A DNA stretch of 64,000 nucleotides from positions 172,705-236,704 of the forward strand of contig CAVXWV010000013.1 of the NCBI GenBank assembly GCA_963765565.1. The letters are read 5' to 3'. A program made the translations under genes and the position numbers. The notes below the pieces were generated by a model. The model searched no databases and was not told the DNA's origin. It was given only the letters and a program-made list of their open reading frames with translations. Position 1 is the stretch's first letter, and each line of letters begins with the position of its first letter. Of the stretch, positions 1 to 10,172 are shown one piece after another. Source of the DNA: an uncultured Chloroflexia bacterium (GTDB lineage: Bacteria; Chloroflexota; Anaerolineae; Anaerolineales; UBA4823).

Positions 1-3000
1 AAGCGGATGGTCTGGAGCTGTTCACCGTACGTGTAGGGGAAATGGATAACACCATCTGCCTCATCAAGTAGCGCCACATAGGCGATATCGGCATTGAAGG
101 TGAGGCGGATTTGCTCACCCACCAGGTTGATCAATGCGCGAAGCTCGAGCTCGCTGGCGAGGGCGGAGCTGACTGCATTGACGGCAGATAACTCAGCGGC
201 ACGCTGCTCGGTTTCACGCAGCAAGCGCCGAGATTCGTCAAAGAGGCGCGCATTCTCAATCGCCACGGCTGCCTGGCGAGCTAACCCAACCAGGAAATCG
301 AGCTCAGTCTGGACAAAGCGGCTACCGCCGGAGCGCCAGACCGCCATCATCCCGGTGACCCGATCGCCAGCCATGAGCGGTGCAATCATCAAGCGCTCTT
401 CGGCGTGGAGGACGGTTCCTGCTACCGCAATCGTTCGGGGATCGCTGAGGGTATCATTGACAAATTCAGCCTGACCGGTCTGGGCCAATCTACCGATGAG
501 ACCCTCGCCAACCTGAATAGCATCGCTGGCAATCTCGGCAGCTTCATTACCCAGGGCAACGATCGCCCGGTATTCCTGCCCCGATGGGTCTGGCAGGTAA
601 ATGGCGCTGGAATCTCCGTGAAGCAATTCCTTGGCATGGGCTGCGATACGCTCCATCAGCGTACTCAGGTCGAGGGTGGCTGAGATATCACGACCAACTT
701 CGGCTAGGGCGGCTGTCTCGCGCGCCCGGCTTTGCGTCTCGTTGAATAAACGGGCATTTTCGATTGCCACTGCCATCTGGTTGGCCATCGCCGCCAGCAG
801 GTCAACCTCCTGCTCATTCAGGCGCTCGCCCGAAGCCAGGTTCATGGCCGTCATCGTCCCCAGGACGCGGTCACGATATAGAAGGGGAACGACAATTACA
901 TCACCACATCCGGTTTCAAGGCGCCGTTGTTGGGCTCCGAGGCTTTCGCGCTCTTCTGGGCGATCCATGGGCGAATAGGCTGGCTTCAATTCGCGCAACA
1001 CCCAGCCGGTCAGGCCTTCGTTCAACTGGTCGAAGGTCAGGGTGTCTGCCGGGTTGGCGCCCTCGCCGCCGGATACGAAATGGGTTACCCGCCTGGATTC
1101 TATATCCACGGTGACGAGGACGACCCGGTAAGCCGGCAGGGCTTCCACCACGCGGTTGGCCAGGGTCTGCAGCAGCTCAGGGACGCTCTCGTATGCCACC
1201 AGCGATCTGGCGACATGGTAGAGCGATTCAGTCTGGCGGCGCGCCAGCTTTTCAGCCTGGAAGAGGCGTGCGTTTTCAATAGCCACGCTCATGCTGTTTG
1301 CCAGCGTTTGCAGCAGGCGTACATCCGAGTCGTTGAAAGCGTGCTCCTTTTTCATATCCACGATATCGATCAGGCCCCGCGCCTGGTCGCCAACGATCAA
1401 TGGTACAAACAATGAGGATTTTGGGATTTGAGTTCCGGGGAGGGTATAGGTCTCAAATTTTTCCATCATCTCCGACATATTTTCATTAACCACAACTGTC
1501 TCGCGAGTGCGGATGACATGGGACATAAATCCTTTTTTCGGAAGGAGGTGTGATTCGATTTCAATCCGCTGCCCATCCTCAAAACAGAACGGATAATGGA
1601 CCATATTCGATTGTGGGTCATAAATACGAATCCCCACATCCGCCTGGTGGAAGATTTCTCGAATTTTATTCCCAACGGTGTCATAAATTCCTTGTATATT
1701 GAGCTCTGCGGCCAGGGCTTCCTGAACGCTGTTGATGACAGCAAGTTCAGCATTGCGTTCCTCGGTTTCTTTGAGCAAACGCTGGGTTTCATCGAAAAGG
1801 CGCGCGTTCTCTAGCGCAACGCCCATACTGCTGGCAACGGTCTGCAAGAGGCGGACATCCGAGTCGCTGAAGGCATTCTCGCGCTCGTAGTTCTCGACTG
1901 TGATAGTGCCGAACACATGATCACCGGCGAGTAAGGGCACAAACACCCCCGATTGGCTAAGGTCGGTGCCGGGAATGATCGCGATTCCAAGGGCGGTGAC
2001 ATCGGCGGGTGAATTCAGGACCAGGGGCTGGCGAGTCTCAACCATCTTCGCCCAGGTAACGCTCTGCGCAGGTGAGGCTGGGGGCACACTCAGGCGCAAA
2101 CCATGCTCATACTCGTAAAGATAATGGATCAGGTCCGTATTGGCATCGTACCAGCGAATGCCGATTTCGCCTGTATTTAGCACCTCGCGCAACTTATCAC
2201 CCACCAGATCAACGATGGACTGGAAGTTCAATTCGGCAGCCAACCCTTGCTGGATGCTGTTGATGACTGCCAACTCAGCATTGCGCTGTTCGGTCTCCTT
2301 CAACAACCGTTGGGTTTCATCGAAGAGACGGGCATTTTCAAGGGCAGTACCCAATGTGGCAGCGATGGTCGTCAGCAGGCGCAGCTCCGACTCACCGTAG
2401 GCATGCTCGCGCTCGTAATTCTCCACCTGGATTTTCCCGAGCAGGCGGTCGCTGCTGATTATGGGAACAGCTACTCCAGACAGGCTGGCATCCGTTCCAG
2501 GGAGTGTTGAGAATGCATCCCCTTCTACGAGAGTGTTCCAGACCACAGGCTTACGGGTTAGCATGAGTTTTTGATAGATCAAGCTGGCATTGTACGGTTG
2601 AGGTTCAATGGCGATGCGTTCATCATGTTCATAAACGTAAAGATAATAAAGCAGATCGGCTTTTTCATCGTACCAAACGATGGCGAGGTCGGGTGTTTCA
2701 AATACCTGGCGTAATTTATCGCCAACCAGGTCGACGATAGCCTGGAAATCCAGCTCCGCGGCGAGTCCCTGTTGGATGGAATTGATAATCTGCAGCTCAG
2801 CCACCCGCTCCTGTTCAGCCTGGTACAGGCGGGCGTTCTCAATCGCCACACCCATGTTGGAGGAGAGGGTTTGGAGTAAACGCAGGTGATTTTCATGAAA
2901 GGCATGCGCCTGGTAGCTGGACAGTCCCACGACTCCTAACAAACGGTCGCTGGCGATGACAGGCACGCCAAGCCAGGACTGGCTGTAGTTCCCCGCTCCT

Positions 3001-6000
3001 CTGGCGATCACTTCCGGCGGGAAATAGGCGCCGTTGGCGATCTCTTCATCAAGCGTGTGCACAACCAACGGCAGGCGAGAAGTGATGACTTTTGATGCCA
3101 GCCCGGTGCCCAGAGAGAACGGCTCGATATAATCGATGACACCACCTTCATTATTATCGTATTCGTAGGAAACATGGATCAAATTCGTAGGTGCATCGAA
3201 TAGCATGATGGACACCGAATCGGAATTGAAAATTTCGAGGATCTTCTCACCGACCGTGCGGGTCACGTTCTTGACATCCAAAGTTTTAGAGCAGGCTTCG
3301 CCGACACTGTTAAGGATGGCAAGCTCGCTGCTACGCTGCTCGGTTTCCTTGAGCAGGCGCTGGATTTCGGCGAACAGACGTGCGTTTTCCAGAGAGGCGC
3401 CTAATGAAGCCGCAATCGTGGTCAGCAGTCGCAGCTCCGATTCCCGGTAGGCATACTCCCTTTCGAAGTTTTCTAACTGGATGACACCCAGGACCCGGTC
3501 ACCATTGATAATGGGGACAGAAACACCGGACTTGCTGGTATCAGTCCCCGGGATGGTCAGCGAGATAGCATCCCCTTCCTCTACGGTGTTCCAGACGACC
3601 GGCTGGTGAGTGTGCCTGATCCGGTTGAAAATACCAAATGGATTTGGATGTTGAGGAGGCAGGTTGATGCGCACACCATGCTCGTAGAAATAGAGCATGG
3701 TGATGATGTCGGTTTTCTCGTCGTACCAAGAGATCATCAGGTCGGGCGTCTTAAACACCTCGCGCAGCTTATCGCCCACCAGGTCGACGATCGCCTGGAA
3801 GTCCAGCTCCGCGCCAAGGCCCTGCTGGATGGTGTTGATGATCTGCAGCTCAGCCACGCGCTCCTGCTCAGCCTGGAAGAGACGGGCATTTTCGATGGCC
3901 ACGCCCATGTTGGAGGATAGCGTCTGTAGGAGGCGCACGTGGTTGTCATTAAAAGCGTGCTCCTTGTAAGACCCCAAGCTGACCAGTCCCAGCACGCGGT
4001 CATTGACCACGATCGGTACGCCCAGCCAGGATTGGGCGATGTCCCCGGTACTGCGCTCTAACATTTCGGGAGGGAGGTAAGCCCCATGAATAACCTGTTC
4101 TTCTGAAGTGCCTATATTCAACGGCTGCCGCGATAGAATGACTTTTGAACTTACCCCTTTACCCAAGGGGAAAGGTTCGATGTAATCCACATAGCCGCCT
4201 TCGCCCTTGTCAAATTCATATGCCGAATGAATCAAGTTTGTCTGCGAATCTAAGAAGGAAATCGACACCGCTTCAGCATTGAAAATATCACGCACCTTGT
4301 CGCCGACGATGTGTGTGACCGTTTTAACGTCCAGCGTCTTCGCCATGCCCTCTCCGACGCTGTTGAGAATGGCCAGCTCGTTGTTACGCTGCTCGGTCTC
4401 CTTGAGCAGGCGCTGGGTTTCAGCGAAGAGATGGGCGTTTTCGAGGGCTGCGCCCAGGGTGGCGGCGATGGTGGACAGCAGGCGCTGCTCGGATTCGCAA
4501 TAAGCGTACTCGCGCTCGTAGTTCTCCAGGTGGATGACGCCGAGGACGCGATCGCTGCTGATAATAGGGACATCGATACTCGACATACAAGGATCGGTAC
4601 CCGGCATGACGGTTGTGAATTTATCCAGTTCTGCTCTGGTATTCAACACCACCGGCTGGCGATCCACCAGCATTCGCTCAAAAAAGCCGCCTGGCCTGGG
4701 AGGCATAGGCTTCATGTCAAGGCGTTCACCGTGCTCGAACTCGTACAGGTAGTGGACCAGGTTATTCGGTGCATCGTACCAGCGGATGCCGAGGTCTCCG
4801 GTGTGCAGGACCTCGCTCAGCTTGTCGCCTACCAGGTCAATGATCGACTGGAAATCCAGCTCCGCTGCCAACCCTTGCTGGATTGAGTTGATGATGGCCA
4901 GCTCGTTGTTTGACTCCTCTAGCTCTGCGGTGCGTTCAGCAACCTTCTGTTCCAGGGTGGCTGACCACTCGGCGTTCTCAATGGCTACCGCGGACTGGTT
5001 TGCCAGGACGCTCAACAGGTCGAGATCATCCTGGTCAAAGCGACCGAAACACCCGGTGAGGTCGCAGTAGAGGATGCCGAACAGCCTGCCCTGGCTGATC
5101 AACGGGCTAACCAGCAAGCTGCTTTGCTCCAGGAGAGCGCCGGTGGGATTGAGCTGGCGCACAAAGCCCTGGCGGGTGGTGGTTGCCTGGTCCAACCAGG
5201 TTGCAATCTCCGCCAGGAAACTTTGTGGGCTGGTTGGAGGTTCACCTGTCACGCTCATGACAGCAGGCGCCAGCAGAGGCAGATGGATCTCAACATGACG
5301 ATGAGCCCCCTGCTCATCGAGCAGCACCAGGGCAATACGCTCCGCCCCGGTCAGCTCGGATACTTCTTCAACGATCTCAGCCGGCAGGCGGTCAGGGTCG
5401 CGCTGGGCATTGAGGCGGACGCCCACCTTCAACAAGCGCTGGAAGACGTCACTCAAGCGTCCAGGACGCTGTACCCGGGTTGTAAAATCAGCAAGCTCCT
5501 GTGGATCAGCTCGAGAAGGCGCCCATTTCAACCACTCGCGCACCAACAGACGCCGGAAGGCCAGCCGGTGCAGGTAACCGCGGCGCAGTCCGGCATCCGA
5601 GAGGTTGGCGATCGGTCCCATGACAAACTGGATACCAATCGCCAGCACTTGCCAGCGATCGTCTGAAATTGCCATAGCTGATTTGGATGTCAGGCTGCGA
5701 TACCCCCACCAGCAAGCCTCATCCACATTAAAATCACTAGGGCTAAATTCCTTCCCATCCAGGCTGGCCAGAACCTGGAGAGTTAAATCACTTGCCTCCT
5801 TTTCGCGCCCAAGCAATCGGAGCACACACGCCTGTATCATCTGCCAGGTCGCCATCCCCTGCCAGGGAAGTTCTACAACCGGGAAGGGAGGCGATTCGAG
5901 AACTTCCAGGGCTTCTTGGGCGCGCTCCTGGTAGAGCAGGCTGCGGATTTTTCCCAGCGAGACGACGGCTTCGAGAAAAGGCATGTGGTATTTTTGAGCG

Positions 6001-6749
6001 AAGGCATATGCCTCGCGGAAATTTTCGTGGGCAACCGCAAATCTTCCTAACTCACAGGCAATTTCCCCAAGGATTTCCAGGATATACAAGGCGTCGACCT
6101 CCAGGTCAAGAACCCGGCTGGTTTCCAACACTTGCTGAGCCGATTCATTGGCGCGTTTATATAGTCCCAGGCGCATCAGGTTGTTGCTAATGTTAATGTG
6201 AATCATGTTCTGGTGCAGGCGGTCACCTGCATCCATAAAAGCGTTTAAGGCTTGCGCCTGATAAGATAGCTGGAGAGAGATGTCTGTAGACGATAGGGAC
6301 AGGCTATTTAAGAAATTGCCTTCCCAGTTACGCCTGCCGGATGAACGCGCCAGGCGCACGCCTTGCTCGCCTGATTGGTGAACCTGCTGCATATCGCCAA
6401 TGCGCGCATAGAAAAAAGCAGCCAGGCGTAACGCCTGGAGCTGCGCCAGGATCGATAATGATCCTTGGATAGACTGGACCTGCTCCAGGGACTGCCTGGC
6501 TGCTGCATGTTCGCCCAGGTCTGTCTGGACCAATCCTATCGCTACGAGCGCTCCTACCTTCAGATCGGGTTGGGCGGCTTCTTCGGCAGCCCTCAAAGCT
6601 TCTTTCCCTAAATTAAGGGCACGCTCGAGATTCTCCCAGGTAAAACAGTAACAATGAAAGCTCCCTGAGTGTAATCGATTGGATACCCGAGTCGCCGCGA
6701 TCGGCTGCCTGCTCTGCCAACGCGCTAAGGTCTGCATCGGCTGCTGCAT
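1..6749 (-). CDS. Giant sensor protein: TPR-like helical region followed by at least 10 complete tandem GAF domains (partial; 3' end runs off the window start)
   Basis: One uninterrupted minus-strand frame runs from ATG 6749 to nt 1. It is missing from the ORF track only because no stop lies inside the window. Hand translation gives e.g. FDQDDLDLLSVLANQSAVAIENAEW, LENAHLFAETQRLLKETEQRNNELAILNSV and IENARLFQAEQERVAELQIINTIQQGL. The GAF-end/linker motif recurs near 4978, 4443, 3893, 3388, 2838, 2338, 1808, 1275, 760 and 255. The 5.6-6.6 kb part reads as TPR-like helical repeats. Confidence 0.85.
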   Translation of the reverse strand, partial: MQQPMQTLARWQSRQPIAATRVSNRLHSGSFHCYCFTWENLERALNLGKEALRAAEEAAQPDLKVGALVAIGLVQTDLGEHAAARQSLEQVQSIQGSLSILAQLQALRLAAFFYARIGDMQQVHQSGEQGVRLARSSGRRNWEGNFLNSLSLSSTDISLQLSYQAQALNAFMDAGDRLHQNMIHINISNNLMRLGLYKRANESAQQVLETSRVLDLEVDALYILEILGEIACELGRFAVAHENFREAYAFAQKYHMPFLEAVVSLGKIRSLLYQERAQEALEVLESPPFPVVELPWQGMATWQMIQACVLRLLGREKEASDLTLQVLASLDGKEFSPSDFNVDEACWWGYRSLTSKSAMAISDDRWQVLAIGIQFVMGPIANLSDAGLRRGYLHRLAFRRLLVREWLKWAPSRADPQELADFTTRVQRPGRLSDVFQRLLKVGVRLNAQRDPDRLPAEIVEEVSELTGAERIALVLLDEQGAHRHVEIHLPLLAPAVMSVTGEPPTSPQSFLAEIATWLDQATTTRQGFVRQLNPTGALLEQSSLLVSPLISQGRLFGILYCDLTGCFGRFDQDDLDLLSVLANQSAVAIENAEWSATLEQKVAERTAELEESNNELAIINSIQQGLAAELDFQSIIDLVGDKLSEVLHTGDLGIRWYDAPNNLVHYLYEFEHGERLDMKPMPPRPGGFFERMLVDRQPVVLNTRAELDKFTTVMPGTDPCMSSIDVPIISSDRVLGVIHLENYEREYAYCESEQRLLSTIAATLGAALENAHLFAETQRLLKETEQRNNELAILNSVGEGMAKTLDVKTVTHIVGDKVRDIFNAEAVSISFLDSQTNLIHSAYEFDKGEGGYVDYIEPFPLGKGVSSKVILSRQPLNIGTSEEQVIHGAYLPPEMLERSTGDIAQSWLGVPIVVNDRVLGLVSLGSYKEHAFNDNHVRLLQTLSSNMGVAIENARLFQAEQERVAELQIINTIQQGLGAELDFQAIVDLVGDKLREVFKTPDLMISWYDEKTDIITMLYFYEHGVRINLPPQHPNPFGIFNRIRHTHQPVVWNTVEEGDAISLTIPGTDTSKSGVSVPIINGDRVLGVIQLENFEREYAYRESELRLLTTIAASLGASLENARLFAEIQRLLKETEQRSSELAILNSVGEACSKTLDVKNVTRTVGEKILEIFNSDSVSIMLFDAPTNLIHVSYEYDNNEGGVIDYIEPFSLGTGLASKVITSRLPLVVHTLDEEIANGAYFPPEVIARGAGNYSQSWLGVPVIASDRLLGVVGLSSYQAHAFHENHLRLLQTLSSNMGVAIENARLYQAEQERVAELQIINSIQQGLAAELDFQAIVDLVGDKLRQVFETPDLAIVWYDEKADLLYYLYVYEHDERIAIEPQPYNASLIYQKLMLTRKPVVWNTLVEGDAFSTLPGTDASLSGVAVPIISSDRLLGKIQVENYEREHAYGESELRLLTTIAATLGTALENARLFDETQRLLKETEQRNAELAVINSIQQGLAAELNFQSIVDLVGDKLREVLNTGEIGIRWYDANTDLIHYLYEYEHGLRLSVPPASPAQSVTWAKMVETRQPLVLNSPADVTALGIAIIPGTDLSQSGVFVPLLAGDHVFGTITVENYERENAFSDSDVRLLQTVASSMGVALENARLFDETQRLLKETEERNAELAVINSVQEALAAELNIQGIYDTVGNKIREIFHQADVGIRIYDPQSNMVHYPFCFEDGQRIEIESHLLPKKGFMSHVIRTRETVVVNENMSEMMEKFETYTLPGTQIPKSSLFVPLIVGDQARGLIDIVDMKKEHAFNDSDVRLLQTLANSMSVAIENARLFQAEKLARRQTESLYHVARSLVAYESVPELLQTLANRVVEALPAYRVVLVTVDIESRRVTHFVSGGEGANPADTLTFDQLNEGLTGWVLRELKPAYSPMDRPEERESLGAQQRRLETGCGDVIVVPLLYRDRVLGTMTAMNLASGERLNEQEVDLLAAMANQMAVAIENARLFNETQSRARETAALAEVGRDISATLDLSTLMERIAAHAKELLHGDSSAIYLPDPSGQEYRAIVALGNEAAEIASDAIQVGEGLIGRLAQTGQAEFVNDTLSDPRTIAVAGTVLHAEERLMIAPLMAGDRVTGMMAVWRSGGSRFVQTELDFLVGLARQAAVAIENARLFDESRRLLRETEQRAAELSAVNAVSSALASELELRALINLVGEQIRLTFNADIAYVALLDEADGVIHFPYTYGEQLQTIR

Positions 6750-6945
6750 TCTCACCCTGAAAGTGGCGAGACTCGGCACGCGCCAGGACCATGGCGCTGT
6801 ACTGCTCCCAGGGCACGTCGGGAAAAGCCAGCGCCTGGGTGTAAAGCTCGATCGCTTGCTGGAGAGCGGCACCCATCTGGGCGCGCTGGGCGGCTTGCTG
6901 CAGGGATTGCCAGGTTGCGGTAGAAAAAGTTGAATTCATCGTCAT
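6613..6945 (-). CDS. 110-aa TPR-like ORF, probably the displaced true N-terminus of the giant GAF protein (frame break)
   Basis: The ATG lies 13 nt after the stop of the upstream cyclase gene. The ORF overlaps the open upstream part of the giant frame in a different frame. Its Ala/Leu/Gln-rich helical text (ALQQAIELYTQALAF...) continues in style into the downstream TPR-like region. Confidence 0.5.
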   Translation of the reverse strand: MTMNSTFSTATWQSLQQAAQRAQMGAALQQAIELYTQALAFPDVPWEQYSAMVLARAESRHFQGENAAADADLSALAEQAADRGDSGIQSITLRELSLLLFYLGESRACP

Positions 6946-6957
6946 GAGTTCATTGCC

Positions 6958-8007
6958 TCAGGAACTTACCAGCACAGAAAATATGTTCACTTCGTGGACT
7001 TTGCCTTTTAGCTGCACCGTACCCTGGTCTTCCACCCAGATCGCACTGCTGAGTTCATTACGGGTGGCTTCATCGATCAGGATCGGCTGGCCGACAACCT
7101 TGGTGTGGGATTCCAGGCGCGCTGCCAGGTTGACCGTATCACCAACGCAGGTATAGGTCGCCCGGCGGATGGTGCCCGTGTAGCCGGCGATCACCGAACC
7201 GCTGGCGATGCCGATACCAATCTTGATGGGCAGCTTTCCCTGGGCAGTCAGATCCATGTTGAATAAATTAATCATCTCGATCATTTCCTGGGCAGCCCGA
7301 ACCGCCTGCTCCTCTTTTTTCTCCAGGGGTAAGGGTGCGCCAAAGATGGCCATCAGACCATCCCCGACCATCTGGTTGACGACACCGCTGTGCCCGCTGA
7401 TGGCTTCGAACATCAGGGTGTAGTAGGTGTTCAGGAGCTCAATCGTTTCGGCCGGGGATTGGGATTCGGCAATGGTCGTGAAGCCGCGGATGTCGGAGAA
7501 CATGGCAGTCGCCTCGACGAACTTGCCACCGAGGGAAAAACCCGATTCCTGCAGGTCTTCGGCCACTTCGGCGGTGGCGAATTTCTTAACCAGCTCGCGC
7601 TGCTGGTCGCGCAGGCGTTTCTTTTCCAGGCTGGCATTGACGCGCGCCTTCAGGAGAACCGGATTGACCGGTTTTGTGAGGTAGTCTTCAGCGCCTAGCT
7701 CGATGCATTTGACTACGCTATCGAGTTCTTCCATGGCCGTGGTCATGATAACCGGGATGTCGCGCAGGTGGAGGTCGCTCGTAATTAGCTCCAACACCTG
7801 GTAGCCATCCATCTCCGGCATCTGGATATCCAGCAGGATGATGTCGAAGGGTTGCTTGCGCACCATCTCTAAAGCCAGCAGGCCATTTTCTGCGAAGGAA
7901 ACCGTGTGCCCCTGCTGTTCCAGGCCACGACCGAGTAACAGGCGATTAACCTTGTTGTCGTCCACCACCAGAAGACGACCCGGGCTGGGTGTAGTTTTAC
8001 GGCTCAT
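6958..8007 (-). CDS. Response-regulator receiver domain fused to class III adenylate/guanylate cyclase
   Basis: REC motifs: LLVVDDNKVNRLLL and DIILLDIQMPEMDGY. Cyclase motifs: FSDIRGFTTIAE, VGDGLMAIFGAP and TYTCVGDTVNLAARLES. Confidence 0.9.
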   Translation of the reverse strand: MSRKTTPSPGRLLVVDDNKVNRLLLGRGLEQQGHTVSFAENGLLALEMVRKQPFDIILLDIQMPEMDGYQVLELITSDLHLRDIPVIMTTAMEELDSVVKCIELGAEDYLTKPVNPVLLKARVNASLEKKRLRDQQRELVKKFATAEVAEDLQESGFSLGGKFVEATAMFSDIRGFTTIAESQSPAETIELLNTYYTLMFEAISGHSGVVNQMVGDGLMAIFGAPLPLEKKEEQAVRAAQEMIEMINLFNMDLTAQGKLPIKIGIGIASGSVIAGYTGTIRRATYTCVGDTVNLAARLESHTKVVGQPILIDEATRNELSSAIWVEDQGTVQLKGKVHEVNIFSVLVSS

Positions 8008-8348
8008 GGCAGCAGCGCCTGCAGGGCTGTTTTGACCGCAGGAAAAGCGGCATCGAGCCTGGCCAGGGGTTCGCCAGCCTGGCTGAGGTCGCCGGATTTA
8101 CCGATGAATTCCAGCTCTTTAGCCTGGGCGGAGAATTCGAGGGCGCCTAGACTGGCGCTGCTGGACTTGATGGAATGAGCGAAACGCCGGAAGTCGTCGG
8201 CCTGGTTGTCTGCCAGGGCCTCGTGCAGCTTCTGGATCAAGGTGCTGGTCTCCTCCAGGTAGGTGGAGACCAGCTCGGGGATAAAATCCTCGCCCATGGC
8301 GGCTTTTAGGTCATCGAAGGTGGTGGGGTCAATAATCGTTTCTGGCAT
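8004..8348 (-). CDS. Histidine phosphotransfer (HPt) domain protein
   Basis: HPt motif FRRFAHSIKSSSASLGA. ATG 8348 has GAGGA upstream (an alternative GTG lies at 8360). The stop overlaps the cyclase start (ATGA at 8004-8007). Confidence 0.85.
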   Translation of the reverse strand: MPETIIDPTTFDDLKAAMGEDFIPELVSTYLEETSTLIQKLHEALADNQADDFRRFAHSIKSSSASLGALEFSAQAKELEFIGKSGDLSQAGEPLARLDAAFPAVKTALQALLP

Positions 8349-8368
8349 GTAGGTCCTCACTAATTTTA

Positions 8369-10172
8369 TTAGTCACTTGAACTCGCCGGTTCAGCCCGGA
8401 GATCTTTCAGATCCTGCTGGTCGACGCCGGCGAAACGCGGCAGGTCGCTGAGGCTGGTGCGGTTCAGGCGCTCTCCCATGGTGGAGAGGAAGAGCTGGCT
8501 GAGCTGCGGGTTGGACATCAAATTACGCAGCGTGGCGGCCGGCACCTGGAAGAGGGAGGTATCTTCCTGCGCCACCACATCCGCAGTGCGCCGGGCGCCG
8601 GTCAAGGCGGCAATCTCACCGAAGAAATCGCCCTGGAGCATGATCGCCAGGTTTTTATACTCGCCATCCTGGCCAGGGAAGCCGACCATCGTGCGGCCGG
8701 AGAGGATAAAATAAGCCGAAGTCGCCCTCCTCCCCATAACGCAGGATAGCGGTTCCTGCAGGCGCTTCATAAATGCGCCCGTGCTGGAGCAGGTTTTCAC
8801 GCTCCTTACCCGCCAGCTCTCCCAGGACCGGCAAGACGCCGGCCAGCGCATCGAAATCCGCCAGGGTGGCGGAACGCCCAATCCCCAATCCCGGGGCAGA
8901 AGGCACCTGCTTGAGCAAGCCAAGAGCACGCTTCCATTGGGCGGCATCCTGGCGCAGGCCGGGCAGGAAAAGCACCCAGATTCCACCTCCCAGGATCATG
9001 AGGGCAGAAATCAAGTACATCACTCTCACGTCGATAAGATCTGCCAATCCAGCCGCGCCCATGCCGACCAGGAAGAAGATATCCCTGGAAACGAAGAAGG
9101 CGCTGTTGACGCGCCCGCGCATCTCCCTGGGGGTATGTCTCTGCATGATGATGCGCCTGCCAATCGAAGCCGGTGCATTCATGAAGCCGGAGATTGTCAG
9201 GATTATCACTGCAACCGGGACCGAATGCGTCGCCGAGTAGGCGATACCGGCCACACCCATCCCCAGGTAACCGATAGCGATCCAGGGACCCTCCTGCATG
9301 CGGTCGAAGAACCCGGCCATCAGCAGGCTGGCGGCGACAAAGCCCAGCGAGGTCATCCCTTCCTGGATACCGTATTCGAACTCGGTGGCGCCCAGGGCAC
9401 GCGTGGCGAAGGGTAGCAGCAGAGAATTGGACAGCCCAAAGGCGATGGTCACCGGAATCGAAACCATGAATAAGGAGCGCAAAATCGGCGTGTTGAATAG
9501 GCGCTGCATGCCGGCCTGGATATTCTCAAAGACCAGCCGCACGCTACCAGTTTCGATCTTCGGCATGGGCTTGAGCTTTATCAGCATGATGCAGACGGCG
9601 CCGAACAGAAAGGAAAAGGCATCGAAATAAAACGCCCAGTTGATGTTGGCAGCCGAGGCGATTAAGCCCGAAGCCGCGAAGCCGATGGCCGTCGAGCCGA
9701 AGGAGCTGATCGCCATCAGCGAGTTGGCGGCCGCCAACTCTTCTTCGTCAGCAACTTCGGGCAGGACGCTCTCGTGCGCCGGGTCGAAGAACTGTCCGAC
9801 CGCCGAGGACAGGGCAACGATGATGTAAAGCCAGACAATATTGAGCGGCACCAGCAGTGGGATCAGGGCTACCAACACCGCTCGGATGAGGTTGGCAGCC
9901 ACCATGATTGTCTTCCGGTTGTAGCGGTCGACGAAGACGCCGGCGATCAAGCCAACCAGCAGGCTAGGGGCGGCGGTGGCGATCAGCATCAAGCCAACGC
10001 TGGCAGCGCTCCCGGTCAGGCGAAAGATCAGGATCGACGCCGCCAGAGAAGTTAATGCCGAGCCCATGGTATCGACAAACTGGCCGCTCCACATCAAGGT
10101 GAAATTCCGGTTGCGGAAGACCGCGAAGGGGGACGGACCTTTCTTTGGGATGGCTGTTGCCGGTGTGCTCAT
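8369..10172 (-). pseudogene. MFS transporter with C-terminal cyclic-nucleotide-binding (CAP/CNB) domain; one frame break near 8710-8720
   Basis: Fragment 8655-10172 (505 aa) is a multi-TM MFS (FAVFRNRNFTLMWSGQFVD...). It enters a CNB domain (LLQHGRIYEAPAGTAILRYGEEG). The domain continues in another frame in ORF 8369-8986 (SAYFILSGR...GDFFGEIAALTGARRTADVVA). Removing one G at GGC[G]ACT restores GEEGTSAYFILSG. Confidence 0.8.
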
